Positions 1 through 11,022 of a DNA stretch of 64,000 nt are shown here, one piece after another. The notes under the pieces are model-generated. The model ran no database searches. It saw nothing but the letters and a program-made list of their open reading frames with translations, and was not told the DNA's origin. The stretch comes from Hyaloraphidium curvatum SAG 235-1 (taxonomy: Eukaryota > Fungi > Monoblepharomycota). How positions within the stretch are numbered: position 1 is the stretch's first letter; each line of letters begins with the position of its first letter. Position numbers and translations under genes: made by a program. The stretch lies in assembly GCA_025558095.1 (NCBI GenBank), contig JAIVFI010000028.1:1-64000 (forward strand), written 5' to 3'.

Positions 1-54
1 GAGGTCGCGGACGACGAGGACGACTTGGTCCAGCGCCGCGATGAGGGAAGGCAT
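1..54 (-). CDS. N-terminus of a VOC/glyoxalase-like paralog, running off the left edge
   Basis: Reverse complement of 1-54 translates MPSLIAALDQVVLVVRDL, matching MPPLITALDHIVVVVRDL of the gene at 6135-7037. The conserved His is replaced by Gln, so it may be degenerate. Confidence 0.7.
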   Translation of the reverse strand, partial: MPSLIAALDQVVLVVRDL

Positions 55-249
55 GTAAGCGCCGGAGGAACCGCAACGGGGCCTGCGGGGGCAGGAGACC
101 GGCCGATGGCAAGGCAGGCGCGGCCGCCGCCTGCGGGCACAGCTTGGTCTTGAATCCGTCCGGCAGCGTTGGGGTGTGATGGGTGGTCCGTGTGGATTCT
201 TGGAGCCACGTCTTTGCGCGCTATTGTCAGCCTGTGCCGGACGCAGCAC

Positions 250-915
250 GCGTCACGGCCGACGGTCTGCGTCGTTTTTGGAAGGGGCGACCGGGACGCG
301 CACCGCAGCCGGGTGATGGGACGGGGTTCGTGCGATCGCCCGGGTGGCGATTTGCTGACAGCGAGCGGCAGGTGGGGTGATTCACCCCCGCCCGCGGGAC
401 TGGATCGGACTGGCGACCTGACCGGGGACGGAACAAAGACCATCGCGGATGGACCGCAGCCTTGGATACGAGGCCGATTGACCGGCAGCCGGATGGATTC
501 GCTGCTCGCGCCCACATGGGGTGGCTTCTCCCGGATGGCGCTCCGAGCACAGTCACCAGTTGCGTCAGCGGGATCGGCGTATTCCGGTCCTTGCCGAAAT
601 ACTCGCGGCGCGCGTTCCGCCATGCGATGCGATCGCTGCCTAGAAACCGCGGCCGGCGGCGCGTCGGGGCCCCCGGTCGCACGAGTCCGTGTTGCCCATC
701 CGCTCCAGGCCCGAGCCCCGCGCCGCCCCGCCGCACGGCAAGCAACGGTCGTTGTGACTCGCTCACCATGGCCTCACGGGCCCCCGATCGCGCGACTGCC
801 GAGGAGTGGGTCGCGGGGGCGCTCGCGGCGTCCGGGATCGGGCGATCGCCCGCGGCGGCCGCATTCCCCCCTCCGCAGAGGATGGCCGACCGCCGATCGC
901 CCCCCACGCTCTCGT
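250..915 (+). pseudogene. Truncated duplicate of the upstream region and first ~49 codons of the C2H2 zinc-finger gene
   Basis: Clear nucleotide similarity to ~8240-8890. ATG at 768 gives MASRAPDRATAEEWVAGALAASGIGRSPAAAAF versus MASRAPDGPTAEEWVAWALAASGIGRSPAAAAF at 8741. Similarity stops after ...RSPPTLS. Confidence 0.85.
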
Positions 916-1453
916 ACCCCGGGGTACTGTCCAGCTGCTGCTATGCGCCCGGGTGAGCTTGGCCAGGGAGGTAGGGCCAATTGGCAGGCGAACCCAGTGT
1001 CTCGGCCTGACTAAAGGGTCAAGGTTTCCAACGCTTGCCGGGGAGAGGTTCGATGTTCCCGCACTACGCAGATTGGCAGGATTGCCGATAGGGGAAAGGG
1101 GAAGGGGAAGTCCTCCAGGAATCGTGGTCGCCGAATCACGAGAGTGTGGAAGGGCAGCGCCAAGTGAGATAGGGACTGCCCTGTAGCCGCCCGGATAAGA
1201 AAATCCCACCTGCGCCCGGGGCGCCATGCAGAGCACGGGGCATGTGAGAGCAACAATCCACAAAAAGTCACTGTGCGGAGTTGCACCATCCCCGAAACAT
1301 CTCCAGCTCGCGATGGGCGTGCCGAGTGCTGCGGGCGGCTGCGGGCGGTGCTGCGGGCGGGTATCCCCTTGATGACGGCACGGCGAGGTCCCTAACGCGC
1401 CCCGAACCAGGCCGAGGGGTCCCCAAACGCCCGGCCAGGGTACCCTCATCGCT

Positions 1454-2094
1454 ATGCGCCTCGCTATGGGCGCTCCACTGCTCATGCTCCTGCACGCCTG
1501 CGCCGTCGCGGCATCCCCGCTCTCCCGCGCGTCGTCCGGCGCAGTCTTTGCTCGGTCCTGCGGGGAGTGCCCAGATACGCACTTCTGGTGAGCCCGCGCC
1601 GACAACCGAGCGTCCAACCGGCCGACATGGGCCCTCCCAACAGCGAGTACGGCTACGACGGCACCCCGACCGACTCCGTGGCGTGCGTGCCCGCCACGGC
1701 CCGCCACGACCTCTACCGCCGTTACGCGGCCACAGAGTCGGCCTGCACCGACGCCCAAGCTCTCGCTGCCGGCGCCACTGTGGTGTGCGCCACTGGGGCC
1801 TTTTTTTTCCGCGGCTGCGACGTTGCCACTGGCGCCAACGCGGCGGTGGACGCAACGTCTTCCACAGGCCTATGTGCCACGAGCCAGCTGTGCTGCATTC
1901 CCCCCGCGGCTTTCCAGGCTGCCTTCTGTGCGGGCAAGAAGATGTGCGTGGACGGGACCGCGATCGCCCTGGCTGTGACGGAGGGCGTCCGGCGGACGTG
2001 CGACCCCTCGACGGGCCAGGTGGATAACGGGACAGGAAGTTGCTCTGGCTCGACAAAGGGTGTCTTTGCCGGCTGCTGCGAGGCGGTGACCTGA
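1454..2094 (+). CDS. Secreted Cys-rich precursor, LYRRY family copy A (2 exons, ~194 aa)
   Basis: Exon 1 is 1454-1587 (MRLAMGAPLLMLLHACAVAA...AVFARSCGECPDTHF). Phase-2 intron 1588-1643 (GTGAGC...CAG). Exon 2 reads CEYGYDGTPTDSVACVP...DLYRRY followed by a 12-Cys domain. Confidence 0.85.
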
Positions 2095-2432
2095 TCCGCG
2101 TGTCCGTGGTGAGATCCCTAGCCTGTGCGTCGGGCTCCGAGCGCGTTGTCGTGCCCAGACTTTCCCCCATCCAAGGGCCCATTGCTTGAGATACCGAAGA
2201 ACTTGCTAGCAGGCCAAGCAGCTTTGCAGGAGTAGGGTGATAGTTTTCTCCACGAACATGTTTTGGGCGACGGTTGGGAAGTTTGATAAGTCATCTTCGA
2301 TATCGGATGTGCCTCCTTTCCGGCCCGGCTCCGCTGCCGCAGTAGTCCCGGACCCCACCCATGCGACAGTAGCCCCGTCCGCCCCACGGACTCTGCCCGT
2401 GGCACCGACTTTGAGAGGGGGGAGGGGGCCCC

Positions 2433-2460
2433 GGGGGGGGGGGGGGGGGGGGGGGGGGGG
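2433..2460 (+). repeat. Poly-G homopolymer (~28 nt)
   Basis: Uninterrupted G run seen directly in the sequence. Confidence 0.9.
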
Positions 2461-2519
2461 TGGCAACGCTCGGCGCGGAGCCTTCCAGCTCGACCTGGGT
2501 CCCTACTCCCTCCCGGCCC

Positions 2520-2627
2520 TGCCGAGGAGCTGCATTGCCAGCGCCCCGCCAAGCTGGTCTGCGGGCACCGTCGCCGTCCTCGTCCCCGGAAGCACCCCGT
2601 CTGCTGCGTCCGACACCGTGAACCCCC
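2520..2627 (-). pseudogene. Remnant of the 3' end of the VOC/glyoxalase gene
   Basis: ccgaggagctgcat...gtgaacccc aligns with 6163-6267, which encodes GFTLPDAAEGVLPGTRTATLPADQLGGALSMQLLG. Confidence 0.8.
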
Positions 2628-2853
2628 ATCATCGAGGGACGCTCGCCAGGGATGCACGCGACGCGGAACCAGTGCAGAGCGGCCTTCAACCGCGCTTACC
2701 GGCTTCAAAATAGACCTTTGTCTCCACCGAATAGGGCCTAAATGTGCGTGGCGACGATGCGGAAGTGGTCCCTCGCAGCGTCCCTCAAGTGTTTTCCCTG
2801 GCCGGCGGCCCCCGGACCGTTGCCACACACCGCCCGCAACCCCCAACGGCGAG

Positions 2854-3508
2854 ATGCGCCCCGCTTTCGCCGCCTTATATCTGGCGCTCCTTTGTGCCTG
2901 CGCCGCCGTCGCGGCCCCGGTCGACCCGCCGCCCGCCGGCGCCATCTTCGCGCGCTCGTGCTCCGATTGCCCGAGCACACACTTCTGGTTAGCACCGCAG
3001 TCCCATTCTCCCCGTTTCCGCTCACCAGGTCCCCCGCGCTAGCGAGTACGGCTTCGAGGGCGCCCCCGAAGACTCGGTGTCGTGCGTGCCGGTCGCCTCG
3101 GCCCGCCACGACCTCTATCGCCGCTACGCCAACGCCCCCTGCACCGACGGGTCCCTGGTCGGTGCCGGCGCTTCGATGCAGTGCGCGCCGGGGGCGAAGA
3201 TTTTCGAGGGCTGCGACTCGTCCACGGGAGCCCTCGCCCCCGCTGGCGCCACCTCCGCGGCCGGGGGTTGCTGGCCCGGCGACGAGATCTGCTGCGTCCC
3301 GGGGGCGGCCTACGCCGCCCTGTGCCAGGACGGCGCGCCCCAGTGTAAGGAAGGGAGCTTGTTCGCCCTTTTCATCACCGACGGGGTCCATCGGCCGTGC
3401 AACGTGACGAGCGGGGAGGCGGGCAACGGCGGCACGGGAACGTGCACCATATCCGGGCCGTATGCGCCCCCCGGGGTGCTCGCCGGCTGCTGCTACCCGC
3501 CAACTTGA
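2854..3508 (+). CDS. Secreted Cys-rich precursor, LYRRY family copy B (2 exons)
   Basis: Signal peptide MRPAFAALYLALLCACAAVA, then AIFARSCSDCPSTHF. Intron 2988-3042 (GTTAGC...TAG) at the family-conserved position. Exon 2 contains HDLYRRY and a 12-Cys domain ending GCCYPPT. Confidence 0.85.
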
Positions 3509-4076
3509 GTCTGGGTACGGAGGTGGGATCAACCAGGGATGCGAATGCCGCATCGTGGCCTGACTGCCGCCGGCGCTCCCGATTTCGGACGAATTGCCGA
3601 GGAGAGGGTCGACGCAGCCGCAGTTCGCGAGTTCGTGGGTTAGAAGCAAGAGGGAGCACCTCCAAGAGTGCGGTCGATCGTGGAATCACGACATTGGTCT
3701 CTTGCCGAGCCGTCGTCCGCTGACCACCTCGTTCTTTCCAGCTTCGAGGATAAGCCCCGGCCTCCGTTCTCGCCCACCCTTTCCCGACTGTCCGGCCGCC
3801 GGCCGAGCTCACGCGTCGACAGTTGTAGGGACGTCCGCTAGCCGCCCGGATCCCCCGCAATTGGGCGTCCCCTCTCGAGCGACCGACCTGCGCCCGGTCC
3901 ACGTCAGAGCAGCACTCCCAAGTGCTGTTAATCGTGCAAAAGTGTGCACGACCCAGAGCATCGCCAGCTCCCGATGGTCTCACCAAGTGCGGCGGGGCGG
4001 CGGGTCCGGGCGGGTAGTCCCTCGACGGCGAACGGGCCAAAGGGGCTACTATCCCGCTGCCCGCCTTCGAATCACA

Positions 4077-4351
4077 ATGCGCCCCGCCGTCGCCGCTCCT
4101 CTGCTGGCGCTGCTCTGCGCCTCGCCCCGTCCGCCACGGGCCTGTGCGCCTCGAGCCAGCTTTGCTGCGTGCCCCCGGCGGCATTCCAGGCCTTCTGCCC
4201 GGGCAAGAAAATGTGCGTGGACGGGACCTCGGTCGCCCTGACCGTGACGGAGGGCGTCAAGCGTACGTGCGACGTCTCGACGGGCCAGGTGGACAGCGGG
4301 ACGGGAAGGTGCGCAAAGGGCATCTTCGCCCTCTGTTGCGAGGCGACCTGA
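4077..4351 (+). pseudogene. LYRRY family copy C, internally deleted and frameshifted close paralog of copy A
   Basis: Signal-peptide codons MRPAVAAPLLALLCAS are joined out of frame to SATGLCASSQLCCVPPAAFQAFCPGKKMCVDG...CCEAT, near-identical to the C-half of copy A. The 5' and 3' flanks also resemble those of copy A. Confidence 0.8.
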
Positions 4352-4956
4352 TCTGCGTTTCCGTGGTGATATGACCTGGATGTCAGGCTACGGCGGCGCC
4401 GACACATGGTTGACTTATTTCCCCGAACTTGCCGGCGCGTCGTTTCAGAGTCGAAAAGCTCGCTAGCAGGGACAATGCGCTTTGTAGTAGTAGGATGATG
4501 GGCGTTTTCCAGGAAGATGCTTACATCGTACTTGATCACGCCTTGAATCGAACTCGCGGGCGGCGCCGTGAAGCCGGAAGGGCATTCAGTCGGTCCTTCG
4601 ACCCACGACCGGAGCAGCAAGGGGCAGGCCGGACCGTCGGAACGGGTTCTGTTCGCCAACATCTCGGTGCCCGGCAAGTCGGCCGCCGGCCACTGTCGTC
4701 GTTCCTGCACCGCCCTGCAGCACGTCAGCCAGGAAGGAAACCCGGCGGGATCGCACGCCCCGCGGAACCCGTGCACGGCATTTACCTACTTGGCAACCAG
4801 AGGCGAAATCTGGCCTCGGCGGTGCGGCACGGGGCAACAGAACCGCGCGGGGCGGTGGCGAACTTGATCCCCCAAAGTGACGGCCCGCTTCCGATCGGGG
4901 TGTTGCGCGCAAAGAAGGACACCGCACTCGTCCCCCAACCTGTGCGCGGGAGCGCC

Positions 4957-5608
4957 ATGCCGCTCGGTCTCGCTGCCACGCTGCTCGCGCTCCTGTGCGC
5001 TTCGGGCGCCCTCGCGGCCCCACTCGAGGCCCCGGCCGCCGGCGCCATCTTCGCCCGTTCCTGTGGGGACTGCCCCACCTCGCACTTCTGGTGGGCAGCG
5101 CGAGCGCCGCTCCGCCTCCGACTCCGGCTAACGGATCCCGTACAGCGAGTACGGCTACGAGGGCACCCCGCGCGACTCCGTGGCCTGCGTGCCCGCAGCG
5201 GCCCGCCACGAACTATACAGGCGGTACGACGACCCCACCGCCTGCACCGACGCCACCTCGACGGGCCAGGGCGCCACCAAGATCTGCGAGGGCGGGAACG
5301 ACTTCACCGACTACGGCTGCTACCCATCAACAGGCGCCATCGTCCCGTCGGGTTCCTCGTCGGCCCCGGGCGCGTGCCGCGGCGCCCAGAACTGCTGCGT
5401 GCCCGCGTCCGCCGTCATCGCCGAGCTCGCAGTGCTCTGCGGCACGAGCAAGCCCTGCGTGGACGGGGCCAACGTCGCGCTTACCATCCAGGACTTGCAG
5501 TACAGGTCGTGCGACCCGACGACGGGTGCGCTCGGAGGCTCGTACGAGTGCTCGAGGTATGATCAGAGTATGATCGCGGCCTGCTGTTCCCGGGCGCCCG
5601 ATGGCTAA
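4957..5608 (+). CDS. Secreted Cys-rich precursor, LYRRY family copy D (2 exons)
   Basis: MPLGLAATLLALLCASGALAAPLEAPAAGAIFARSCGDCPTSHF. Intron 5091-5145 (GTGGGC...GCTAAC...CAG). Then HELYRRY and a 12-Cys domain. Confidence 0.85.
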
Positions 5609-6134
5609 GGGGCTGGGTGGGTTGCCCAGTCGTCGACTCGCGCGGCCCGCGGCCTGACCCGCGTTCCTCTCCATAGAACGAACGATTGCCGTTCGTCGGG
5701 GGGTCTCAGGTCAGGTTTTGAGTTGTCGTCAGTTGAATTCCCATCATAATAGCCATGTTTGATCCGGTCTTCCATATCGGATGTGCCCCCTTTTGTGCTT
5801 CTGCTTCCACCGCATTCCTCGCCTCGCCCCCGGACCCTGCCCTGGCAGATGCATCGCAAGCGCCTCTGAGCAAAGAGGTCCAGGCGTCGAGGCGCTCTGA
5901 ACCATCAGCTTTCGGCCACTTGGCCTCGCTGCCCCCGGCCGTTCCTTTCGCGCCCCACACGCACCAGCCAGGAAGGATACCCAGCGGGGTTGCATGTTCG
6001 CCGGGGCCGCTGCAAGGCAGGTACCGGTGTGATCCGCTGCCACAAAATATGGCCTCGGCGAGGCCAGAGACGGGGCATGAAGCGCGTGTGAAGACGGTGG
6101 GGCAGCGGATCCGCTTCAGTGGCTGCCCCCGTCA

Positions 6135-7037
6135 CTAGGCCTGCCCCTCGCCGCCAACCCTCCCGAGGAGCTGCATCGACAGCGCCCCGCCCAGCTGGTC
6201 CGCCGGCAGCGTCGCCGTCCTCGTCCCCGGCAGCACCCCCTCGGCGGCATCCGGCAGCGTGAACCCCTTTCCTCTGGCGGCGGCCACCGCGGCGTCGACG
6301 TCGGGCACCTCGAACGAGGCCATGGGCAGAAGCCCCTCGGGCCTGGCCGCGATCGGCGACGCGGGGTTGGCGGCGGAGATGACCTCCAGCACGGCGTCGC
6401 CGATGCGCAGCTGCTGGATCCGCATCCCCCTCGCGACCACCTCCCCCGCGACGGGCACCCCGAACGCGTCCTCCCAGAACCTGCAGGCCGCCGCGGGCCC
6501 GTGCGACACCAACGCCAGGTGGTCCAGCCTCTTTAGCGGGAACCCGTGCTCGAACAGCCCCCTTGCCCTCCTGGAAGCCGTCCTCCCCCCCCTGGGCAGC
6601 GCGTACTGTATAAGGCCGAACTCGCACCCCGCCGGCGTCGGCCCGAGCGCGTTGGCCACGTCGCAGATCTTGCCGCCTCCCTCCCGCGACACGGGCGTCA
6701 CCGCGCACGGGTGTCCCATGGCTTCGAGGCGCGCAACGGCGGCCGCCAGGTCGTCCACTTCGAGCATCAGCCGCGCGACGCCGCCGCCCTTGGCCGCCAG
6801 CGCGACGTACGCGTCCCGCCCCGCAAGCAGCGCGCTCGCGTCGTCATGAACGGCCAGGAGCTCCACGTAAAAATGGTGTTCGTCCCCGACGAAAAAAACC
6901 CGGTTCGAGGTCCCCGCGCCGGCGTGGCGCGTGACGGGGGACAGGTTGAGCCCGAGCCCCTCGAAGGGCGCGGCCGCCGCGTCGAGGTCGCGCACGACGA
7001 CGACGATGTGGTCCAGGGCCGTGATGAGGGGCGGCAT
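6135..7037 (-). CDS. VOC/glyoxalase-like protein with two VOC domains, intronless
   Basis: LDHIVVVVRDLDAA...HAGAGTSNRVFF...YVELL (Glyoxalase_3-like). Second domain RLDHLALV...AVLEVI...FEVPDVDAAVAAARGKG (methylmalonyl-CoA epimerase-like). Confidence 0.85.
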   Translation of the reverse strand: MPPLITALDHIVVVVRDLDAAAAPFEGLGLNLSPVTRHAGAGTSNRVFFVGDEHHFYVELLAVHDDASALLAGRDAYVALAAKGGGVARLMLEVDDLAAAVARLEAMGHPCAVTPVSREGGGKICDVANALGPTPAGCEFGLIQYALPRGGRTASRRARGLFEHGFPLKRLDHLALVSHGPAAACRFWEDAFGVPVAGEVVARGMRIQQLRIGDAVLEVISAANPASPIAARPEGLLPMASFEVPDVDAAVAAARGKGFTLPDAAEGVLPGTRTATLPADQLGGALSMQLLGRVGGEGQA

Positions 7038-7529
7038 CGCGTGAAAGGGGAGGGGGAGCCGCGAGGTTGGAATGGGAGGCAAAGCGCCCGCTCACGGACG
7101 CCCGACCATGCGTCTTCTTCCCTGCTCCGAGCACCCGCACGGGAGCCAGTATTGTTTCGAATCTACTCGCGGGAAGCACCATCCAGCTCAATGCCGGGCA
7201 TGCAATGTCCGGCACCAACAGCCACCCCCGCCCCCCTGAGCACGCACAGCCCGAGCCCCAGTGTGAACAGCGAACGTCCTCGCGGTCCCGAACGTCACCA
7301 CGAACCCCGTGGACGGCACCCGTTCACGGCCGCGAGGGATTTAGGTCCGCCTCCTCCTCCTTCCCCGGACGGAGCCCAACCCTTCCGCGGGCGCTCTGCG
7401 CTCCGTCAACGCAATCCGAGGATCCGACCCCCTACTTATGCGCCCGAATTTACCTCCCAATACACATCCCCCGCCTCCCGATACTAGCTCCTTGGCTTCT
7501 TAACTCCCGTGGCGACCCCCGTCCGGCTA

Positions 7530-7920
7530 CCCATCTGTGCTCGTTCTGCGCCCTGTGCCTCCACAGCGCGTCGGCAGCGCCGCAGCACATGGATGTGCAC
7601 GGGAAGCCGGGTTCCGTCGAGCGGAGCCTGCGGGTGTCCAATGTTGTCACAATTCGTCAGCCGGAGCCGGGCAGACGAGGAGGGGACCGGAGCACCCACG
7701 CGTGAAATACCGCCCGCGCTGCCTCCGGAAGGCCTTGTCGTCCTCGTGCGAGTTTCCGCCGTGGTACCCTGTGGGTTCGCATCCACTGGTGCGTCAGCGC
7801 CGCATGCAGCGTGCGCCGACGCCGGGCCGGCTCTCCAGAGTCCTCCCCCGAATGCGGCGTTCTGTGGGTCCCGGCACACACAGTGTCCTGCCAGCGCCGA
7901 AAGCCACCGACCGGCGCCGG
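7530..7920 (-). pseudogene. Degenerate inverted copy of the zinc-finger 3' region
   Basis: 7538-7575 reverse complement gccgacgcgctgtggaggcacagggcgcagaacgagca matches 10568-10605. ~7700-7800 matches ~10297-10405, including intron sequence and aactcgcacgaggacgacaag. Confidence 0.75.
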
Positions 7921-8740
7921 CCGCGACCCACGGTGCGGGGCGGCAGTCGAACCCATCCTCGCGGGCTGCATCGCGCACCAGAGTACCGCCTGATTGCCCG
8001 ATTCACATCTCGTTCGGCGTCCCGCGGGCGTCGGTTGCGGTGCCGCACCCGCCCCGCCCCGCTCCCGTTCCGTCCCGTCCGCGACCGAGCCGGAATCGCG
8101 GACCGGCAGTGCACCGCCGCCAGACCGCTCCGTACACCCTGATGGCCGTCCCGGGAGGGCAACGCGGGAGGGGGACCCGCGCCGGACGAGGGACGTCCCG
8201 GCCTCTGCGCGCGCGAGGGGGCCCGCGCCGGCGGGAAGCCGGCCAAGGGTGTCGGTCGGTTCGGAATAAGGTGGCCGAGACGAGCACCGCGACCCGGTGG
8301 GAGGATGGGGAGCGCGGATCGCCCGGGAAGCAATTTGCCGAGCTTGGGAGCGGCAGGGTGATTCACCCGCCCGCTGGTCTCGAACGGACTGGCGACCGGT
8401 GAACAAACGATGACCGTCGCCAGTAAATCGTAGCCTCAGATACGCGGCCGCTCGGTTCCCGGGAGCCGGATGGATTCGCCGTTCGCCGCCGTGCGGGGGG
8501 GCTTTTCCCGGATGCCGCTCCGAGCACCGTCACCCCGTCCGTCCGCGGGATCGGCGTCCCCCGGCGCTCGCCCCAATGCTCCCGGCACGCGTTCCGCCAT
8601 GCGATGCGATCGCGGCCTCGAAATCCTGCCGGCGGCGCGTCGGGGCGCCCGGTCGCACGAGTCCGTGTTGCCCATCCGCTCCAGGCCGAGCCCCGCTCCG
8701 CCCCGCCGCACGGCACGCCACAGGTCGTCACTCGCTCGCC

Positions 8741-10609
8741 ATGGCTTCCCGTGCCCCCGATGGCCCGACCGCCGAGGAGTGGGTCGCGTGGGCGCTCGCG
8801 GCGTCGGGGATCGGGCGATCGCCCGCCGCCGCCGCATTTCTCCCCCAGCAGAGGATGGCCGACCGCCGATCGCCCCCCACGCTCTCCGCGTCCGAGGCCC
8901 TGCAGGGGCTGTCTGGCGTGTCGATCCCGCAGGGCTTCACGTTCCGCCCGTCGCCGGCGGTGCTCGCTGCCGCGGGGCGGGCGGCCGCGGCGAGTCAGCC
9001 CCCCGCGGGGTTGCCGGTGCCCCCCGCGGCCGCGGGGATGCCGACCCCCATGCTGCTCTCGCGGGGCGCGCCGGGTGACGTGGCGATGCTGTTCGGCGGG
9101 CCGCCGTCGTTCCCGGGGCAGCCCATCGGGTTGGGGCTGCTCGCGCCCCCGCGGCCGCCGTCGCCCGACTGGGCCGCGCTGCTGCGCGACCCGCCCTCGC
9201 AGCCGCGCTCCCCGCAGCACTCCTCCGACGACGACGCCGACGCCCGCCGCCCCGCCCTGCCCGCCGCCCGCCCCGCCCGCATCACCGTGGCTTCCTCGCC
9301 CTTCGCCACCGACCCGGCCTCCCCGCTCCGCTCCGCCCCGCCCTCCGCCACCCCCGCCGTCACCTCCGAGAACGACGCGCCCTTCATCGACCACTTCCTC
9401 GCCGCTCCCTCGTCCGACGGCGGCGCCGACCTCGACCCGCTCGGCGGCCTGCTCGAGCCGTTCGCGGGCATGCACGCCGACGGGGGGGACTTTCCCGTGA
9501 TCGACGACGCGGAGATGCAGCTGTGGCACGGGATCGTCGGCCGGGAATCGTCCGAGGACCGGGAGAGGTACGGCGAGGCGATTGGGGGGGAGGAAGCCGA
9601 TGATGAGTCGGCGGCCGACGTCATCCGGCGGTGGCTCTACCCCCCTGGCGGCCAGCACCCCATCCGCTCCCCCCTCCCCGCGGACCCCATGCAGCTCGAC
9701 GCCCTCCCCGGCCCCGACTTCGACGTCGATGCCGCGCATCAGGAGCGGGAACCCGACGTCGACGCCACCGACCACGAGCAACCCGCCCCCGACGCCGACG
9801 CCTCGGACCACGGCGGCACCGACGCGGACGACGAATCCCGCCCCGGCGGCGCCCCGTCCTCCCCCTCGGGGTACTCCCCCTCCCCGTCCCCGCCGCGCAC
9901 GCGCCGCCGGCGCAACCCCCCGCGCCGCGCGGCCACATCCCCGTCGCCGGCGCCGGAGATCCTCACCACCCCGATCCTCAAGGTCGAGCCGCGCAAAGGT
10001 CGGCCGATCTACTACACCGGCCGCCTCGCGCTCGAACGCCCCTCGTCGCCTCCCCCCGAGTCGGATTCGGACACCGACGGCACGGGCGAGTTCGCGGCGC
10101 CCGACGACGGCACGGGCGGGGGGAGGCGGAGGCGGGCGCGGCTGCCGGCACCGAGCAGGGTCAACGTCAAGGACGAGGAGGGAGGCAAGACCAAGAAGCG
10201 CGGGTTCAGGTGCGAGGTGGAGGGGTGCGGGGAGGATTTCGGGACGTGGAACGCGTACCGTGGGCCCCCCCCGCCCGGCTCCGTCGTCGCACTCTTGGCG
10301 CTGACGTACAGCGGTATTCGCGGACCCGCAGAATACCACATCCGCAACTCGCACGACGAGCACAAGCCCTTCCGGTGCCGCGAGTGCGGGCGGGGCTTCA
10401 CGCGCGCGCACGACATGCGCCGCCACGGGACGTGGGTGCTCGGCGCCTCCGCCAACGGCTTCCCGCCGCTGACGGATTCCCCCCGGCTGCATGGCACCCA
10501 CAGGCTGCACTCGAAGGAACGCCGCTTCCCCTGCCCGGCGAAGGGCTGCGGCGCCGCGTTCTTCCGCGCCGACGCGCTGCGGCGGCACAGGGCGCAGAAG
10601 GAGCACTAG
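8741..10609 (+). CDS. C2H2 zinc-finger transcription factor (3 fingers, long Pro/acidic N-terminus)
   Basis: Fingers CEVEGC...HIRNSH, KPFRCRECGRGFTRAHDMRRH and FPCPAKGCGAAFFRADALRRH. Two inferred 72-nt introns (10260-10331, 10432-10503) have GTGGG donors and GCTGAC branch sites; their removal restores finger spacing. Confidence 0.85.
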   Translation: MASRAPDGPTAEEWVAWALAASGIGRSPAAAAFLPQQRMADRRSPPTLSASEALQGLSGVSIPQGFTFRPSPAVLAAAGRAAAASQPPAGLPVPPAAAGMPTPMLLSRGAPGDVAMLFGGPPSFPGQPIGLGLLAPPRPPSPDWAALLRDPPSQPRSPQHSSDDDADARRPALPAARPARITVASSPFATDPASPLRSAPPSATPAVTSENDAPFIDHFLAAPSSDGGADLDPLGGLLEPFAGMHADGGDFPVIDDAEMQLWHGIVGRESSEDRERYGEAIGGEEADDESAADVIRRWLYPPGGQHPIRSPLPADPMQLDALPGPDFDVDAAHQEREPDVDATDHEQPAPDADASDHGGTDADDESRPGGAPSSPSGYSPSPSPPRTRRRRNPPRRAATSPSPAPEILTTPILKVEPRKGRPIYYTGRLALERPSSPPPESDSDTDGTGEFAAPDDGTGGGRRRRARLPAPSRVNVKDEEGGKTKKRGFRCEVEGCGEDFGTWNAYRGPPPPGSVVALLALTYSGIRGPAEYHIRNSHDEHKPFRCRECGRGFTRAHDMRRHGTWVLGASANGFPPLTDSPRLHGTHRLHSKERRFPCPAKGCGAAFFRADALRRHRAQKEH

Positions 10610-10689
10610 ATCGGGGGCCCCGCCGTCGGAGGAGCATGGGTGGGACGGGGGAACATGTATGCGGAGGCAAATTCGGGCTCATATAGAAG

Positions 10690-10795
10690 GACGCCGTCGG
10701 TGCAGGCCGGCATGGCGGCGGGCTCGTAGCGCCGGTAGAGGTCGGCGCGAGAAGAGATGCCGACGCAGGTGACCGAGTCGGCGGGGGCGCCTCGT
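10690..10795 (-). pseudogene. LYRRY family copy E, short remnant
   Basis: Translates GAPADSVTCVGISSRADLYRRYEPAAMPACTDG. No signal-peptide exon and no C-terminal domain are visible. Confidence 0.7.
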
Positions 10796-11022
10796 AGACG
10801 AACCGACGGAGATCGACGTAGGTGTACTAGGCCGCGCGCTCGGAACGTTGCAAGCGCTCGCGACGTCGGAAAGCGATCCAATCTACCGCACGCGAAGTTT
10901 ACAACAGTCCTAGACCACGCCATACCGACCGAAACTGAACCCCTGGAGCCGTGGGTGATGGTCAGCGGATGGGCCCGGCCCTGCGGCCTGCCGGAATTCC
11001 ACTTTTCCGTTCCCGCGGCGCG

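Noticed and set aside
8363-10606. 747-aa minus-strand ORF and similar long antisense ORFs (e.g. 28692-30113, 34334-35893, 44293-46038, 45886-47355)
   Set aside because: These are shadow frames of GC3-rich real genes on the opposite strand. They are Arg/Gly/Pro-rich and have no motifs.
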